49,119 nucleotides of DNA from Macrostomum lignano (lineage: Eukaryota): contig NIVC01001147.1 of NCBI GenBank assembly GCA_002269645.1, positions 203,720 through 252,838 of the forward strand. The letters run 5' to 3'. The translations under genes and the position numbers were made by a program. Every line of letters begins with the position of its first letter. Within the stretch, counting starts at the first letter, position 1. Positions 1 through 13,242 of this stretch are shown here, piece after piece. A model generated the notes under the pieces. It had not been told where the DNA came from. It saw only the letters and a list, made by a program, of their open reading frames with translations, and searched no databases.

Positions 1-3000
1 TTATTCTGCTTCCGTACACTTGTATTTTGCACGCAGTCAGTTCTTTAGACAAATAGACACGGTTGAAGCTAGAGGCGCAGTTGCCTTCTAATAACTACAC
101 CAAGCAGTCTCGCGCATGCACAGGCGTTCGAAAATACGCTCACGGCGTGTTATTCTGCTTCCGTACACTTGTATTTTGCACGCAGTCAGTTTGTTTAGAC
201 AAATAGACACGGTTGAAGCTAGAGGCGCAGTTGCCTTCTAATAACTACACCAAGCAGTCTCGCGCATGCACAGGCGTTCGAAAATACGCTCACGGCGTGT
301 TATTCTGCTTCCGTACACTTGTATTTTGCACGCAGTCAGTTGTTTAGACAAATAGACACGGTTGAAGCTAGAGGCGCAGTTGCCTTCTAATAACTACACC
401 AAGCAGTCTCGCGCATGCACAGGCGTTCGAAAATACGCTCACGGCGTGTTATTCTGCTTCCGTACACTTGTATTTTGCACGCAGTCAGTTTGTTTAGACA
501 AATAGACACGGTTGAAGCTAGAGGCGCAGTTGCCTTCTAATAACTACACCAAGCAGTCTCGCGCATGCACAGGCGTTCGAAAATACGCTCACGGCGTGTT
601 ATTCTGCTTCCGTACACTTGTATTTTGCACGCAGTCAGTTTCTTTAGACAAATAGACACGGTTGAAGCTAGAGGCGCAGTTGCCTTCTAATAACTACACC
701 AAGCAGTCTCGCGCATGCACAGGCGTTCGAAAATACGCTCACGGCGTGTTATTCTGCTTCCGTACACTTGTATTTTGCACGCAGTCAGTTTCTTTAGACA
801 AATAGACACGGTTGAAGCTAGAGGCGCAGTTGCCTTCTAATAACTACACCAAGCAGTCTCGCGCATGCACAGGCGTTCGAAAATACGCTCACGGCGTGTT
901 ATTCTGCTTCCGTACACTTGTATTTTGCACGCAGTCAGTTTCTTTAGACAAATAGACACGGTTGAAGCTAGAGGCGCAGTTGCCTTCTAATAACTACACC
1001 AAGCAGTCTCGCGCATGCACAGGCGTTCGAAAATACGCTCACGGCGTGTTATTCTGCTTCCGTACACTTGTATTTTGCACGCAGTCAGTTTCTTTAGACA
1101 AATAGACACGGTTGAAGCTAGAGGCGCAGTTGCCTTCTAATAACTACACCAAGCAGTCTCGCGCATGCACAGGCGTTCGAAAATACGCTCACGGCGTGTT
1201 ATTCTGCTTCCGTACACTTGTATTTTGCACGCAGTCAGTTTCTTTAGACAAATAGACACGGTTGAAGCTAGAGGCGCAGTTGCCTTCTAATAACTACACC
1301 AAGCAGTCTCGCGCATGCACAGGCGTTCGAAAATACGCTCACGGCGTGTTATTCTGCTTCCGTACACTTGTATTTTGCACGCAGTCAGTTTCTTTAGACA
1401 AATAGACACGGTTGAAGCTAGAGGCGCAGTTGCCTTCTAATAACTACACCAAGCAGTCTCGCGCATGCACAGGCGTTCGAAAATACGCTCACGGCGTGTT
1501 ATTCTGCTTCCGTACACTTGTATTTTGCACGCAGTCAGTTTCTTTAGACAAATAGACACGGTTGAAGCTAGAGGCGCAGTTGCCTTCTAATAACTACACC
1601 AAGCAGTCTCGCGCATGCACAGGCGTTCGAAAATACGCTCACGGCGTGTTATTCTGCTTCCGTACACTTGTATTTTGCACGCAGTCAGTTTCTTTAGACA
1701 AATAGACACGGTTGAAGCTAGAGGCGCAGTTGCCTTCTAATAACTACACCAAGCAGTCTCGCGCATGCACAGGCGTTCGAAAATACGCTCACGGCGTGTT
1801 ATTCTGCTTCCGTACACTTGTATTTTGCACGCAGTCAGTTTCTTTAGACAAATAGACACGGTTGAAGCTAGAGGCGCAGTTGCCTTCTAATAACTACACC
1901 AAGCAGTCTCGCGCATGCACAGGCGTTCGAAAATACGCTCACGGCGTGTTATTCTGCTTCCGTACACTTGTATTTTGCACGCAGTCAGTTTCTTTAGACA
2001 AATAGACACGGTTGAAGCTAGAGGCGCAGTTGCCTTCTAATAACTACACCAAGCAGTCTCGCGCATGCACAGGCGTTCGAAAATACGCTCACGGCGTGTT
2101 ATTCTGCTTCCGTACACTTGTATTTTGCACGCAGTCAGTTTCTTTAGACAAATAGACACGGTTGAAGCTAGAGGCGCAGTTGCCTTCTAATAACTACACC
2201 AAGCAGTCTCGCGCATGCACAGGCGTTCGAAAATACGCTCACGGCGTGTTATTCTGCTTCCGTACACTTGTATTTTGCACGCAGTCAGTTTCTTTAGACA
2301 AATAGACACGGTTGAAGCTAGAGGCGCAGTTGCCTTCTAATAACTACACCAAGCAGTCTCGCGCATGCACAGGCGTTCGAAAATACGCTCACGGCGTGTT
2401 ATTCTGCTTCCGTACACTTGTATTTTGCACGCAGTCAGTTTCTTTAGACAAATAGACACGGTTGAAGCTAGAGGCGCAGTTGCCTTCTAATAACTACACC
2501 AAGCAGTCTCGCGCATGCACAGGCGTTCGAAAATACGCTCACGGCGTGTTATTCTGCTTCCGTACACTTGTATTTTGCACGCAGTCAGTTTCTTTAGACA
2601 AATAGACACGGTTGAAGCTAGAGGCGCAGTTGCCTTCTAATAACTACACCAAGCAGTCTCGCGCATGCACAGGCGTTCGAAAATACGCTCACGGCGTGTT
2701 ATTCTGCTTCCGTACACTTGTATTTTGCACGCAGTCAGTTTCTTTAGACAAATAGACACGGTTGAAGCTAGAGGCGCAGTTGCCTTCTAATAACTACACC
2801 AAGCAGTCTCGCGCATGCACAGGCGTTCGAAAATACGCTCACGGCGTGTTATTCTGCTTCCGTACACTTGTATTTTGCACGCAGTCAGTTTCTTTAGACA
2901 AATAGACACGGTTGAAGCTAGAGGCGCAGTTGCCTTCTAATAACTACACCAAGCAGTCTCGCGCATGCACAGGCGTTCGAAAATACGCTCACGGCGTGTT

Positions 3001-6000
3001 ATTCTGCTTCCGTACACTTGTATTTTGCACGCAGTCAGTTTCTTTAGACAAATAGACACGGTTGAAGCTAGAGGCGCAGTTGCCTTCTAATAACTACACC
3101 AAGCAGTCTCGCGCATGCACAGGCGTTCGAAAATACGCTCACGGCGTGTTATTCTGCTTCCGTACACTTGTATTTTGCACGCAGTCAGTTTCTTTAGACA
3201 AATAGACACGGTTGAAGCTAGAGGCGCAGTTGCCTTCTAATAACTACACCAAGCAGTCTCGCGCATGCACAGGCGTTCGAAAATACGCTCACGGCGTGTT
3301 ATTCTGCTTCCGTACACTTGTATTTTGCACGCAGTCAGTTTCTTTAGACAAATAGACACGGTTGAAGCTAGAGGCGCAGTTGCCTTCTAATAACTACACC
3401 AAGCAGTCTCGCGCATGCACAGGCGTTCGAAAATACGCTCACGGCGTGTTATTCTGCTTCCGTACACTTGTATTTTGCACGCAGTCAGTTTCTTTAGACA
3501 AATAGACACGGTTGAAGCTAGAGGCGCAGTTGCCTTCTAATAACTACACCAAGCAGTCTCGCGCATGCACAGGCGTTCGAAAATACGCTCACGGCGTGTT
3601 ATTCTGCTTCCGTACACTTGTATTTTGCACGCAGTCAGTTTCTTTAGACAAATAGACACGGTTGAAGCTAGAGGCGCAGTTGCCTTCTAATAACTACACC
3701 AAGCAGTCTCGCGCATGCACAGGCGTTCGAAAATACGCTCACGGCGTGTTATTCTGCTTCCGTACACTTGTATTTTGCACGCAGTCAGTTTCTTTAGACA
3801 AATAGACACGGTTGAAGCTAGAGGCGCAGTTGCCTTCTAATAACTACACCAAGCAGTCTCGCGCATGCACAGGCGTTCGAAAATACGCTCACGGCGTGTT
3901 ATTCTGCTTCCGTACACTTGTATTTTGCACGCAGTCAGTTTCTTTAGACAAATAGACACGGTTGAAGCTAGAGGCGCAGTTGCCTTCTAATAACTACACC
4001 AAGCAGTCTCGCGCATGCACAGGCGTTCGAAAATACGCTCACGGCGTGTTATTCTGCTTCCGTACACTTGTATTTTGCACGCAGTCAGTTTCTTTAGACA
4101 AATAGACACGGTTGAAGCTAGAGGCGCAGTTGCCTTCTAATAACTACACCAAGCAGTCTCGCGCATGCACAGGCGTTCGAAAATACGCTCACGGCGTGTT
4201 ATTCTGCTTCCGTACACTTGTATTTTGCACGCAGTCAGTTTCTTTAGACAAATAGACACGGTTGAAGCTAGAGGCGCAGTTGCCTTCTAATAACTACACC
4301 AAGCAGTCTCGCGCATGCACAGGCGTTCGAAAATACGCTCACGGCGTGTTATTCTGCTTCCGTACACTTGTATTTTGCACGCAGTCAGTTTCTTTAGACA
4401 AATAGACACGGTTGAAGCTAGAGGCGCAGTTGCCTTCTAATAACTACACCAAGCAGTCTCGCGCATGCACAGGCGTTCGAAAATACGCTCACGGCGTGTT
4501 ATTCTGCTTCCGTACACTTGTATTTTGCACGCAGTCAGTTTCTTTAGACAAATAGACACGGTTGAAGCTAGAGGCGCAGTTGCCTTCTAATAACTACACC
4601 AAGCAGTCTCGCGCATGCACAGGCGTTCGAAAATACGCTCACGGCGTGTTATTCTGCTTCCGTACACTTGTATTTTGCACGCAGTCAGTTTCTTTAGACA
4701 AATAGACACGGTTGAAGCTAGAGGCGCAGTTGCCTTCTAATAACTACACCAAGCAGTCTCGCGCATGCACAGGCGTTCGAAAATACGCTCACGGCGTGTT
4801 ATTCTGCTTCCGTACACTTGTATTTTGCACGCAGTCAGTTTCTTTAGACAAATAGACACGGTTGAAGCTAGAGGCGCAGTTGCCTTCTAATAACTACACC
4901 AAGCAGTCTCGCGCATGCACAGGCGTTCGAAAATACGCTCACGGCGTGTTATTCTGCTTCCGTACACTTGTATTTTGCACGCAGTCAGTTTCTTTAGACA
5001 AATAGACACGGTTGAAGCTAGAGGCGCAGTTGCCTTCTAATAACTACACCAAGCAGTCTCGCGCATGCACAGGCGTTCGAAAATACGCTCACGGCGTGTT
5101 ATTCTGCTTCCGTACACTTGTATTTTGCACGCAGTCAGTTTCTTTAGACAAATAGACACGGTTGAAGCTAGAGGCGCAGTTGCCTTCTAATAACTACACC
5201 AAGCAGTCTCGCGCATGCACAGGCGTTCGAAAATACGCTCACGGCGTGTTATTCTGCTTCCGTACACTTGTATTTTGCACGCAGTCAGTTTCTTTAGACA
5301 AATAGACACGGTTGAAGCTAGAGGCGCAGTTGCCTTCTAATAACTACACCAAGCAGTCTCGCGCATGCACAGGCGTTCGAAAATACGCTCACGGCGTGTT
5401 ATTCTGCTTCCGTACACTTGTATTTTGCACGCAGTCAGTTTCTTTAGACAAATAGACACGGTTGAAGCTAGAGGCGCAGTTGCCTTCTAATAACTACACC
5501 AAGCAGTCTCGCGCATGCACAGGCGTTCGAAAATACGCTCACGGCGTGTTATTCTGCTTCCGTACACTTGTATTTTGCACGCAGTCAGTTTCTTTAGACA
5601 AATAGACACGGTTGAAGCTAGAGGCGCAGTTGCCTTCTAATAACTACACCAAGCAGTCTCGCGCATGCACAGGCGTTCGAAAATACGCTCACGGCGTGTT
5701 ATTCTGCTTCCGTACACTTGTATTTTGCACGCAGTCAGTTTCTTTAGACAAATAGACACGGTTGAAGCTAGAGGCGCAGTTGCCTTCTAATAACTACACC
5801 AAGCAGTCTCGCGCATGCACAGGCGTTCGAAAATACGCTCACGGCGTGTTATTCTGCTTCCGTACACTTGTATTTTGCACGCAGTCAGTTTCTTTAGACA
5901 AATAGACACGGTTGAAGCTAGAGGCGCAGTTGCCTTCTAATAACTACACCAAGCAGTCTCGCGCATGCACAGGCGTTCGAAAATACGCTCACGGCGTGTT

Positions 6001-9000
6001 ATTCTGCTTCCGTACACTTGTATTTTGCACGCAGTCAGTTTCTTTAGACAAATAGACACGGTTGAAGCTAGAGGCGCAGTTGCCTTCTAATAACTACACC
6101 AAGCAGTCTCGCGCATGCACAGGCGTTCGAAAATACGCTCACGGCGTGTTATTCTGCTTCCGTACACTTGTATTTTGCACGCAGTCAGTTTCTTTAGACA
6201 AATAGACACGGTTGAAGCTAGAGGCGCAGTTGCCTTCTAATAACTACACCAAGCAGTCTCGCGCATGCACAGGCGTTCGAAAATACGCTCACGGCGTGTT
6301 ATTCTGCTTCCGTACACTTGTATTTTGCACGCAGTCAGTTTCTTTAGACAAATAGACACGGTTGAAGCTAGAGGCGCAGTTGCCTTCTAATAACTACACC
6401 AAGCAGTCTCGCGCATGCACAGGCGTTCGAAAATACGCTCACGGCGTGTTATTCTGCTTCCGTACACTTGTATTTTGCACGCAGTCAGTTTCTTTAGACA
6501 AATAGACACGGTTGAAGCTAGAGGCGCAGTTGCCTTCTAATAACTACACCAAGCAGTCTCGCGCATGCACAGGCGTTCGAAAATACGCTCACGGCGTGTT
6601 ATTCTGCTTCCGTACACTTGTATTTTGCACGCAGTCAGTTTGTTTAGACAAATAGACACGGTTGAAGCTAGAGGCGCAGTTGCCTTCTAATAACTACACC
6701 AAGCAGTCTCGCGCATGCACAGGCGTTCGAAAATACGCTCACGGCGTGTTATTCTGCTTCCGTACACTTGTATTTTGCACGCAGTCAGTTTGTTTAGACA
6801 AATAGACACGGTTGAAGCTAGAGGCGCAGTTGCCTTCTAATAACTACACCAAGCAGTCTCGCGCATGCACAGGCGTTCGAAAATACGCTCACGGCGTGTT
6901 ATTCTGCTTCCGTACACTTGTATTTTGCACGCAGTCAGTTTCTTTAGACAAATAGACACGGTTGAAGCTAGAGGCGCAGTTGCCTTCTAATAACTACACC
7001 AAGCAGTCTCGCGCATGCACAGGCGTTCGAAAATACGCTCACGGCGTGTTATTCTGCTTCCGTACACTTGTATTTTGCACGCAGTCAGTTTCTTTAGACA
7101 AATAGACACGGTTGAAGCTAGAGGCGCAGTTGCCTTCTAATAACTACACCAAGCAGTCTCGCGCATGCACAGGCGTTCGAAAATACGCTCACGGCGTGTT
7201 ATTCTGCTTCCGTACACTTGTATTTTGCACGCAGTCAGTTTGTTTAGACAAATAGACACGGTTGAAGCTAGAGGCGCAGTTGCCTTCTAATAACTACACC
7301 AAGCAGTCTCGCGCATGCACAGGCGTTCGAAAATACGCTCACGGCGTGTTATTCTGCTTCCGTACACTTGTATTTTGCACGCAGTCAGTTTCTTTAGACA
7401 AATAGACACGGTTGAAGCTAGAGGCGCAGTTGCCTTCTAATAACTACACCAAGCAGTCTCGCGCATGCACAGGCGTTCGAAAATACGCTCACGGCGTGTT
7501 ATTCTGCTTCCGTACACTTGTATTTTGCACGCAGTCAGTTTGTTTAGACAAATAGACACGGTTGAAGCTAGAGGCGCAGTTGCCTTCTAATAACTACACC
7601 AAGCAGTCTCGCGCATGCACAGGCGTTCGAAAATACGCTCACGGCGTGTTATTCTGCTTCCGTACACTTGTATTTTGCACGCAGTCAGTTTGTTTAGACA
7701 AATAGACACGGTTGAAGCTAGAGGCGCAGTTGCCTTCTAATAACTACACCAAGCAGTCTCGCGCATGCACAGGCGTTCGAAAATACGCTCACGGCGTGTT
7801 ATTCTGCTTCCGTACACTTGTATTTTGCACGCAGTCAGTTTGTTTAGACAAATAGACACGGTTGAAGCTAGAGGCGCAGTTGCCTTCTAATAACTACACC
7901 AAGCAGTCTCGCGCATGCACAGGCGTTCGAAAATACGCTCACGGCGTGTTATTCTGCTTCCGTACACTTGTATTTTGCACGCAGTCAGTTTCTTAGACAA
8001 ATAGACACGGTTGAAGCTAGAGGCGCAGTTGCCTTCTAATAACTACACCAAGCAGTCTCGCGCATGCACAGGCGTTCGAAAATACGCTCACGGCGTGTTA
8101 TTCTGCTTCCGTACACTTGTATTTTGCACGCAGTCAGTTTGTTTAGACAAATAGACACGGTTGAAGCTAGAGGCGCAGTTGCCTTCTAATAACTACACCA
8201 AGCAGTCTCGCGCATGCACAGGCGTTCGAAAATACGCTCACGGCGTGTTATTCTGCTTCCGTACACTTGTATTTTGCACGCAGTCAGTTTCTTTAGACAA
8301 ATAGACACGGTTGAAGCTAGAGGCGCAGTTGCCTTCTAATAACTACACCAAGCAGTCTCGCGCATGCACAGGCGTTCGAAAATACGCTCACGGCGTGTTA
8401 TTCTGCTTCCGTACACTTGTATTTTGCACGCAGTCAGTTTCTTTAGACAAATAGACACGGTTGAAGCTAGAGGCGCAGTTGCCTTCTAATAACTACACCA
8501 AGCAGTCTCGCGCATGCACAGGCGTTCGAAAATACGCTCACGGCGTGTTATTCTGCTTCCGTACACTTGTATTTTGCACGCAGTCAGTTTGTTTAGACAA
8601 ATAGACACGGTTGAAGCTAGAGGCGCAGTTGCCTTCTAATAACTACACCAAGCAGTCTCGCGCATGCACAGGCGTTCGAAAATACGCTCACGGCGTGTTA
8701 TTCTGCTTCCGTACACTTGTATTTTGCACGCAGTCAGTTTGTTTAGACAAATAGACACGGTTGAAGCTAGAGGCGCAGTTGCCTTCTAATAACTACACCA
8801 AGCAGTCTCGCGCATGCACAGGCGTTCGAAAATACGCTCACGGCGTGTTATTCTGCTTCCGTACACTTGTATTTTGCACGCAGTCAGTTTGTTTAGACAA
8901 ATAGACACGGTTGAAGCTAGAGGCGCAGTTGCCTTCTAATAACTACACCAAGCAGTCTCGCGCATGCACAGGCGTTCGAAAATACGCTCACGGCGTGTTA

Positions 9001-10519
9001 TTCTGCTTCCGTACACTTGTATTTTGCACGCAGTCAGTTTGTTTAGACAAATAGACACGGTTGAAGCTAGAGGCGCAGTTGCCTTCTAATAACTACACCA
9101 AGCAGTCTCGCGCATGCACAGGCGTTCGAAAATACGCTCACGGCGTGTTATTCTGCTTCCGTACACTTGTATTTTGCACGCAGTCAGTTTGTTTAGACAA
9201 ATAGACACGGTTGAAGCTAGAGGCGCAGTTGCCTTCTAATAACTACACCAAGCAGTCTCGCGCATGCACAGGCGTTCGAAAATACGCTCACGGCGTGTTA
9301 TTCTGCTTCCGTACACTTGTATTTTGCACGCAGTCAGTTTGTTTAGACAAATAGACACGGTTGAAGCTAGAGGCGCAGTTGCCTTCTAATAACTACACCA
9401 AGCAGTCTCGCGCATGCACAGGCGTTCGAAAATACGCTCACGGCGTGTTATTCTGCTTCCGTACACTTGTATTTTGCACGCAGTCAGTTTGTTTAGACAA
9501 ATAGACACGGTTGAAGCTAGAGGCGCAGTTGCCTTCTAATAACTACACCAAGCAGTCTCGCGCATGCACAGGCGTTCGAAAATACGCTCACGGCGTGTTA
9601 TTCTGCTTCCGTACACTTGTATTTTGCACGCAGTCAGTTTGTTTAGACAAATAGACACGGTTGAAGCTAGAGGCGCAGTTGCCTTCTAATAACTACACCA
9701 AGCAGTCTCGCGCATGTACAGGCGTTCGAAAATACGCTCACGGCGTGTTATTCTGCTTCCGTACACTTGTATTTTTCACGCAGTCAGTTTGTTTAGACAA
9801 ATAGACACGGTTGAAGCTAGAGGCGCAGTTGCCTTCTAATAACTACACCAAGCAGTCTCGCGCATGCACAGGCGTTCGAAAATACGCTCACGGCGTGTTA
9901 TTCTGCTTCCGTACACTTGTATTTTGCACGCAGTCAGTTTGTTTAGACAAATAGACACGGTTGAAGCTAGAGGCGCAGTTGCCTTCTAATAACTACACCA
10001 AGCAGTCTCGCGCATGCACAGGCGTTCGAAAATACGCTCACGGCGTGTTATTCTGCTTCCGTACACTTGTATTTTGCACGCAGTCAGTTTGTTTAGACAA
10101 ATAGACACGGTTGAAGCTAGAGGCGCAGTTGCCTTCTAATAACTACACCAAGCAGTCTCGCGCATGCACAGGCGTTCGAAAATACGCTCACGGCGTGTTA
10201 TTCTGCTTCCGTACACTTGTATTTTGCACGCAGTCAGTTTGTTTAGACAAATAGACACGGTTGAAGCTAGAGGCGCAGTTGCCTTCTAATAACTACACCA
10301 AGCAGTCTCGCGCATGCACAGGCGTTCGAAAATACGCTCACGGCGTGTTATTCTGCTTCCGTACACTTGTATTTTGCACGCAGTCAGTTTCTTTAGACAA
10401 ATAGACACGGTTGAAGCTAGAGGCGCAGTTGCCTTCTAATAACTACACCAAGCAGTCTCGCGCATGTACAGGCGTTCGAAAATACGCTCACGGCGTGTTA
10501 TTCTGCTTCCGTACACTTG
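1..10519. repeat. Satellite DNA: ~70 head-to-tail copies of a 150-bp monomer
   Basis: Monomer ttattctgcttccgtacacttgtattttgcacgcagtcagttt(c/g)tttagacaaatagacacggttgaagctagaggcgcagttgccttctaataactacaccaagcagtctcgcgcatgcacaggcgttcgaaaatacgctcacggcgtg repeats from base 1 to ...gtacacttg at 10519. Only a few SNPs and 1-nt indels. The array continues past the window start. Confidence 0.99.
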
Positions 10520-11474
10520 GCCTTCCGCCTGAGTTTCCCCAGCTCCGGGTTCCACCACGGCGCCGAGGTCTTGCCTTTGTAGGCGCGAGCAGGACAAGCC
10601 GCTTCGTAGGCTTCAATAATGCAACCTGTCAGCGTCTCAGCCATATGATCCACATCCTCGCAGGTCTCAATCGGACGTAAGTCCGTGAGTTCCTGCAGGT
10701 GCAGATCAAGGGCAGCCTTGTAGGCCGCCCAATCAGTGTTGCGGATATTGCGTCTCCAAGTGATCGGAGACTGGGTTTTAGTGTCCGCGATGTTAAAGGC
10801 GATAAAGCAGTGGTCAGACAGGGAGGGCTCCTCAGACCAGACTCTCCACTCCTCAACTCTGTCAAAGAGTCTTGGGTAACGAGTGTGGCGTCGAGGACCT
10901 CGGTCCATCTGCCATTATTAAAGGTAGGAGTGCTGCCGCGGTTGCAGAGCATGAGGTTTGTGTTAGAGATGAGGGCCAGAAGCTCCTCTCCTCTAGTGTT
11001 GGTATCTTTGCTGCCCCAGTGCTTGTGGTGCGCGTTGAGGTCGCCCCCTAAGCACAGCTCAGCGTTCTGGGACTCGCAGTACTGCGCGAGGCGCAGTAAA
11101 CTCTCAGGAGCAGGGTCTCTGTCGCCTGGGATATAAACCGAGGCAACAAGACACGTACGCGGAGAGAAATGATTAGATTGGATGACACAAAGGTCTCCAT
11201 CAGAGAGATCAGTCCTCAGCCAAGCCTGGAGATGGTTAGCAGCGAGGATAGCCGCTCTAGGGCGGCTGTTCCTCGGGCCACACACATAAAAATCAGAGTA
11301 GCCAGAGGGAATGTTGGGCAACTTACCGTTGCGCATCCAGGGTTCCTGGATCTGGATGAGGCCTGGCCTGTACAGCTCAGCAATCTTCATCAGATTTACT
11401 GACGCAGATACGCAATGCTGTAAATTAATTTGCAGACAGAATGTCGCTCCTTTGGCAGCGTGGAGCTTAGTCAT
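10520..11474 (-). pseudogene. LINE ORF2 N-terminus: apurinic-like endonuclease plus linker, frameshifted, RT missing
   Basis: APE motifs CLQINLQH, QIQEPW, ASVYIP, GGDLNAHH, NRGSTPTF, DATLV, and SDH in the second frame. The sequence stops at the satellite junction before any RT motif. Confidence 0.9.
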
Positions 11475-11497
11475 ACTGTATTAAATGCAATTTCTGG

Positions 11498-13242
11498 CTA
11501 GAGCCCAGGGCCATCAAGGAGACTTGGACAACAGATCGTCCTCGTCCCAGGCCGCTGGGGCTTGACTGGGAGATGGGAGTTGGTCGACGTCCATGGCCTC
11601 CTCACCCCACCGGCCCCCCCAGCAGAGTCCTCAGGCTCCGATGACAGGATGGAGGAAGCTTCCTCACCTGCATCTTTACCTTCAGACCCCACCAGGGTGG
11701 CCGAGGAGAGCTCGGATTCCGAAGACCCGGCCTCGTCCTCAACTCCTTCTCCGACTGGCAGGTTTGGTTCCCGGGGCTTGGCCGGAGCCGTTACCGCGGT
11801 CGCCGAACTGCTGCTAGCAGAGGGGCGAGATGCAGCTTTGGCTTTGGGATCGGCTTGCGCCCATGGATGAATGAATAGAATGGATTGCTATTCTGGCTCT
11901 GACTATTTTCGTTTTTGACTCTTTTGCATCCGGTTCCCCCGTGCCTTTTCATTGGTTGATGATTGCCATAGACAATTGTCAGTTACTTGCAGAGAATATC
12001 GAGCGCTCGTAGGTCTTCCCCCTTTATTTCAAAACACGAGCGAAAGCGCTTGTGCATCGAAAGAAAGGGGCGAAGGCCGAAAATTGTCTATGGCAATCAT
12101 CAACCAATGAAAAGGCACGGGGGGGGAACCAGATGCAAAAGAGTCAAAAACGAAAATAGCCAGAGCCAGAATAGCAATCCATTCTATTCATTCATCCATG
12201 CTTGCGCCTTTCCTTGGGCCTTAGACTGCGCCCCGCTCTTGCCGGAGATGCCGGGGTTGGCAGTAGCCTTCCCTTTGGCAGACTTTCCTCGGCGCATCTT
12301 GAGCTTGAGGGCACCCAGCTGGAAAGAGGATCCATTAGGGTACCGACTCGCCCAAGTGCTGGAAAGGCCGAGGACAATTGAGTTGCCCGTCTCCCCCCTG
12401 CGGACTTTACGGTGATACACCAGTCCACTAGCAGGGAGGTCGGGGTTCAGACGCAGTAGGACCCGGCGAATAACGTCTGGTCCAGCTGCGGTGCTCTTAG
12501 CAGGGACGAAAACCACATAGGGTATCGTCTTTGGACGCTGGCCCTCGCGAAGAAAAAGAGCTCCGCCAAGGTCAGCATCCAAGGAGACCGTCGGTAGCCG
12601 CTGGAGCAGCTGCCGAGCGTCCTCCTCGCTGCTAGGAGCAATAAGAACGAATGTGCTTCGCAGCACCATCCGCTCAATGCCGATGGAGATTCCCTCCTCG
12701 ACAGTCAGCTCAATCAGATAGGAGTCAACAGCACTCCACACTTTTTGAAGCTGATCAGTGGTCCAGTCCTGGTCGCGACCTTGGATGATCACTCCCGGGA
12801 TTTTGGCCTTGGCCTTCGCCGCAAAGGTAGCTCCCGAAGGAACCTCCTTGTTGGCAGTGGCCATTTGTTGCGCCGTGGTTTCGGCCTCAGCAGCCGCGGC
12901 AGCAGCTCCAGGGAGCGCCGCCGCTGAACTACTGGAGCTTCCACCGGCCGGCCCGCCTGGTTGCCTTGGGACTCCAGTCGCTTCAGCATCCATGGTGGAC
13001 GCCGCCGCTTTGGCCCCCGCAGCTCCCTTCTTGGCCTGCCTTTTGGCGCGTTGTTTAGCGCGTTTGCGCTCAAGCCGAGCCCGCTGAGCTTCATCGGATC
13101 TGCCAGATTTGGCCGGTCCTTTAGGCTCAGAGCTCGCGGTTCCCTTAGATCCACCAGCGGAGCTGGCAGGTCTTTGGGTATTTTGAGTTTGGTAGCTCTG
13201 GTCGGATCTGCCAGCAGAGCCAGCCGGTCCTTCCTTTGCCAC
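11498..13242 (-). pseudogene. LINE ORF1 (gag-like nucleic-acid-binding protein, ~465 aa), interrupted by a MITE
   Basis: Removing 11862-12200 plus one TSD copy joins ORF 12184-13242 in frame to ORF 11498-11692 (...GKAQA-DPKAKAA...GSEGKDAG...GPGL*). Lys/Ala-rich N-terminus and a central globular region. Confidence 0.8.
11862..12200. mobile_element. 339-bp MITE, hAT-like (8-bp TSD, ~117-bp TIRs)
   Basis: 11862-11977 (catggatgaatgaatagaatgg...gacaatt) is the near-perfect reverse complement of 12082-12200. Flanked by the exact direct repeat cttgcgcc (11854-11861, 12201-12208). Confidence 0.92.

Noticed and set aside
1-10519. CRISPR array, tandem 5S/SL/tRNA genes, or repetitive protein
   Set aside because: There are no variable spacers and the context is eukaryotic. 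No convincing Pol III A/B boxes, Sm site or cloverleaf. The frame used by ORF 10411-10680 has a stop in every monomer, and that ORF is only junction read-through.
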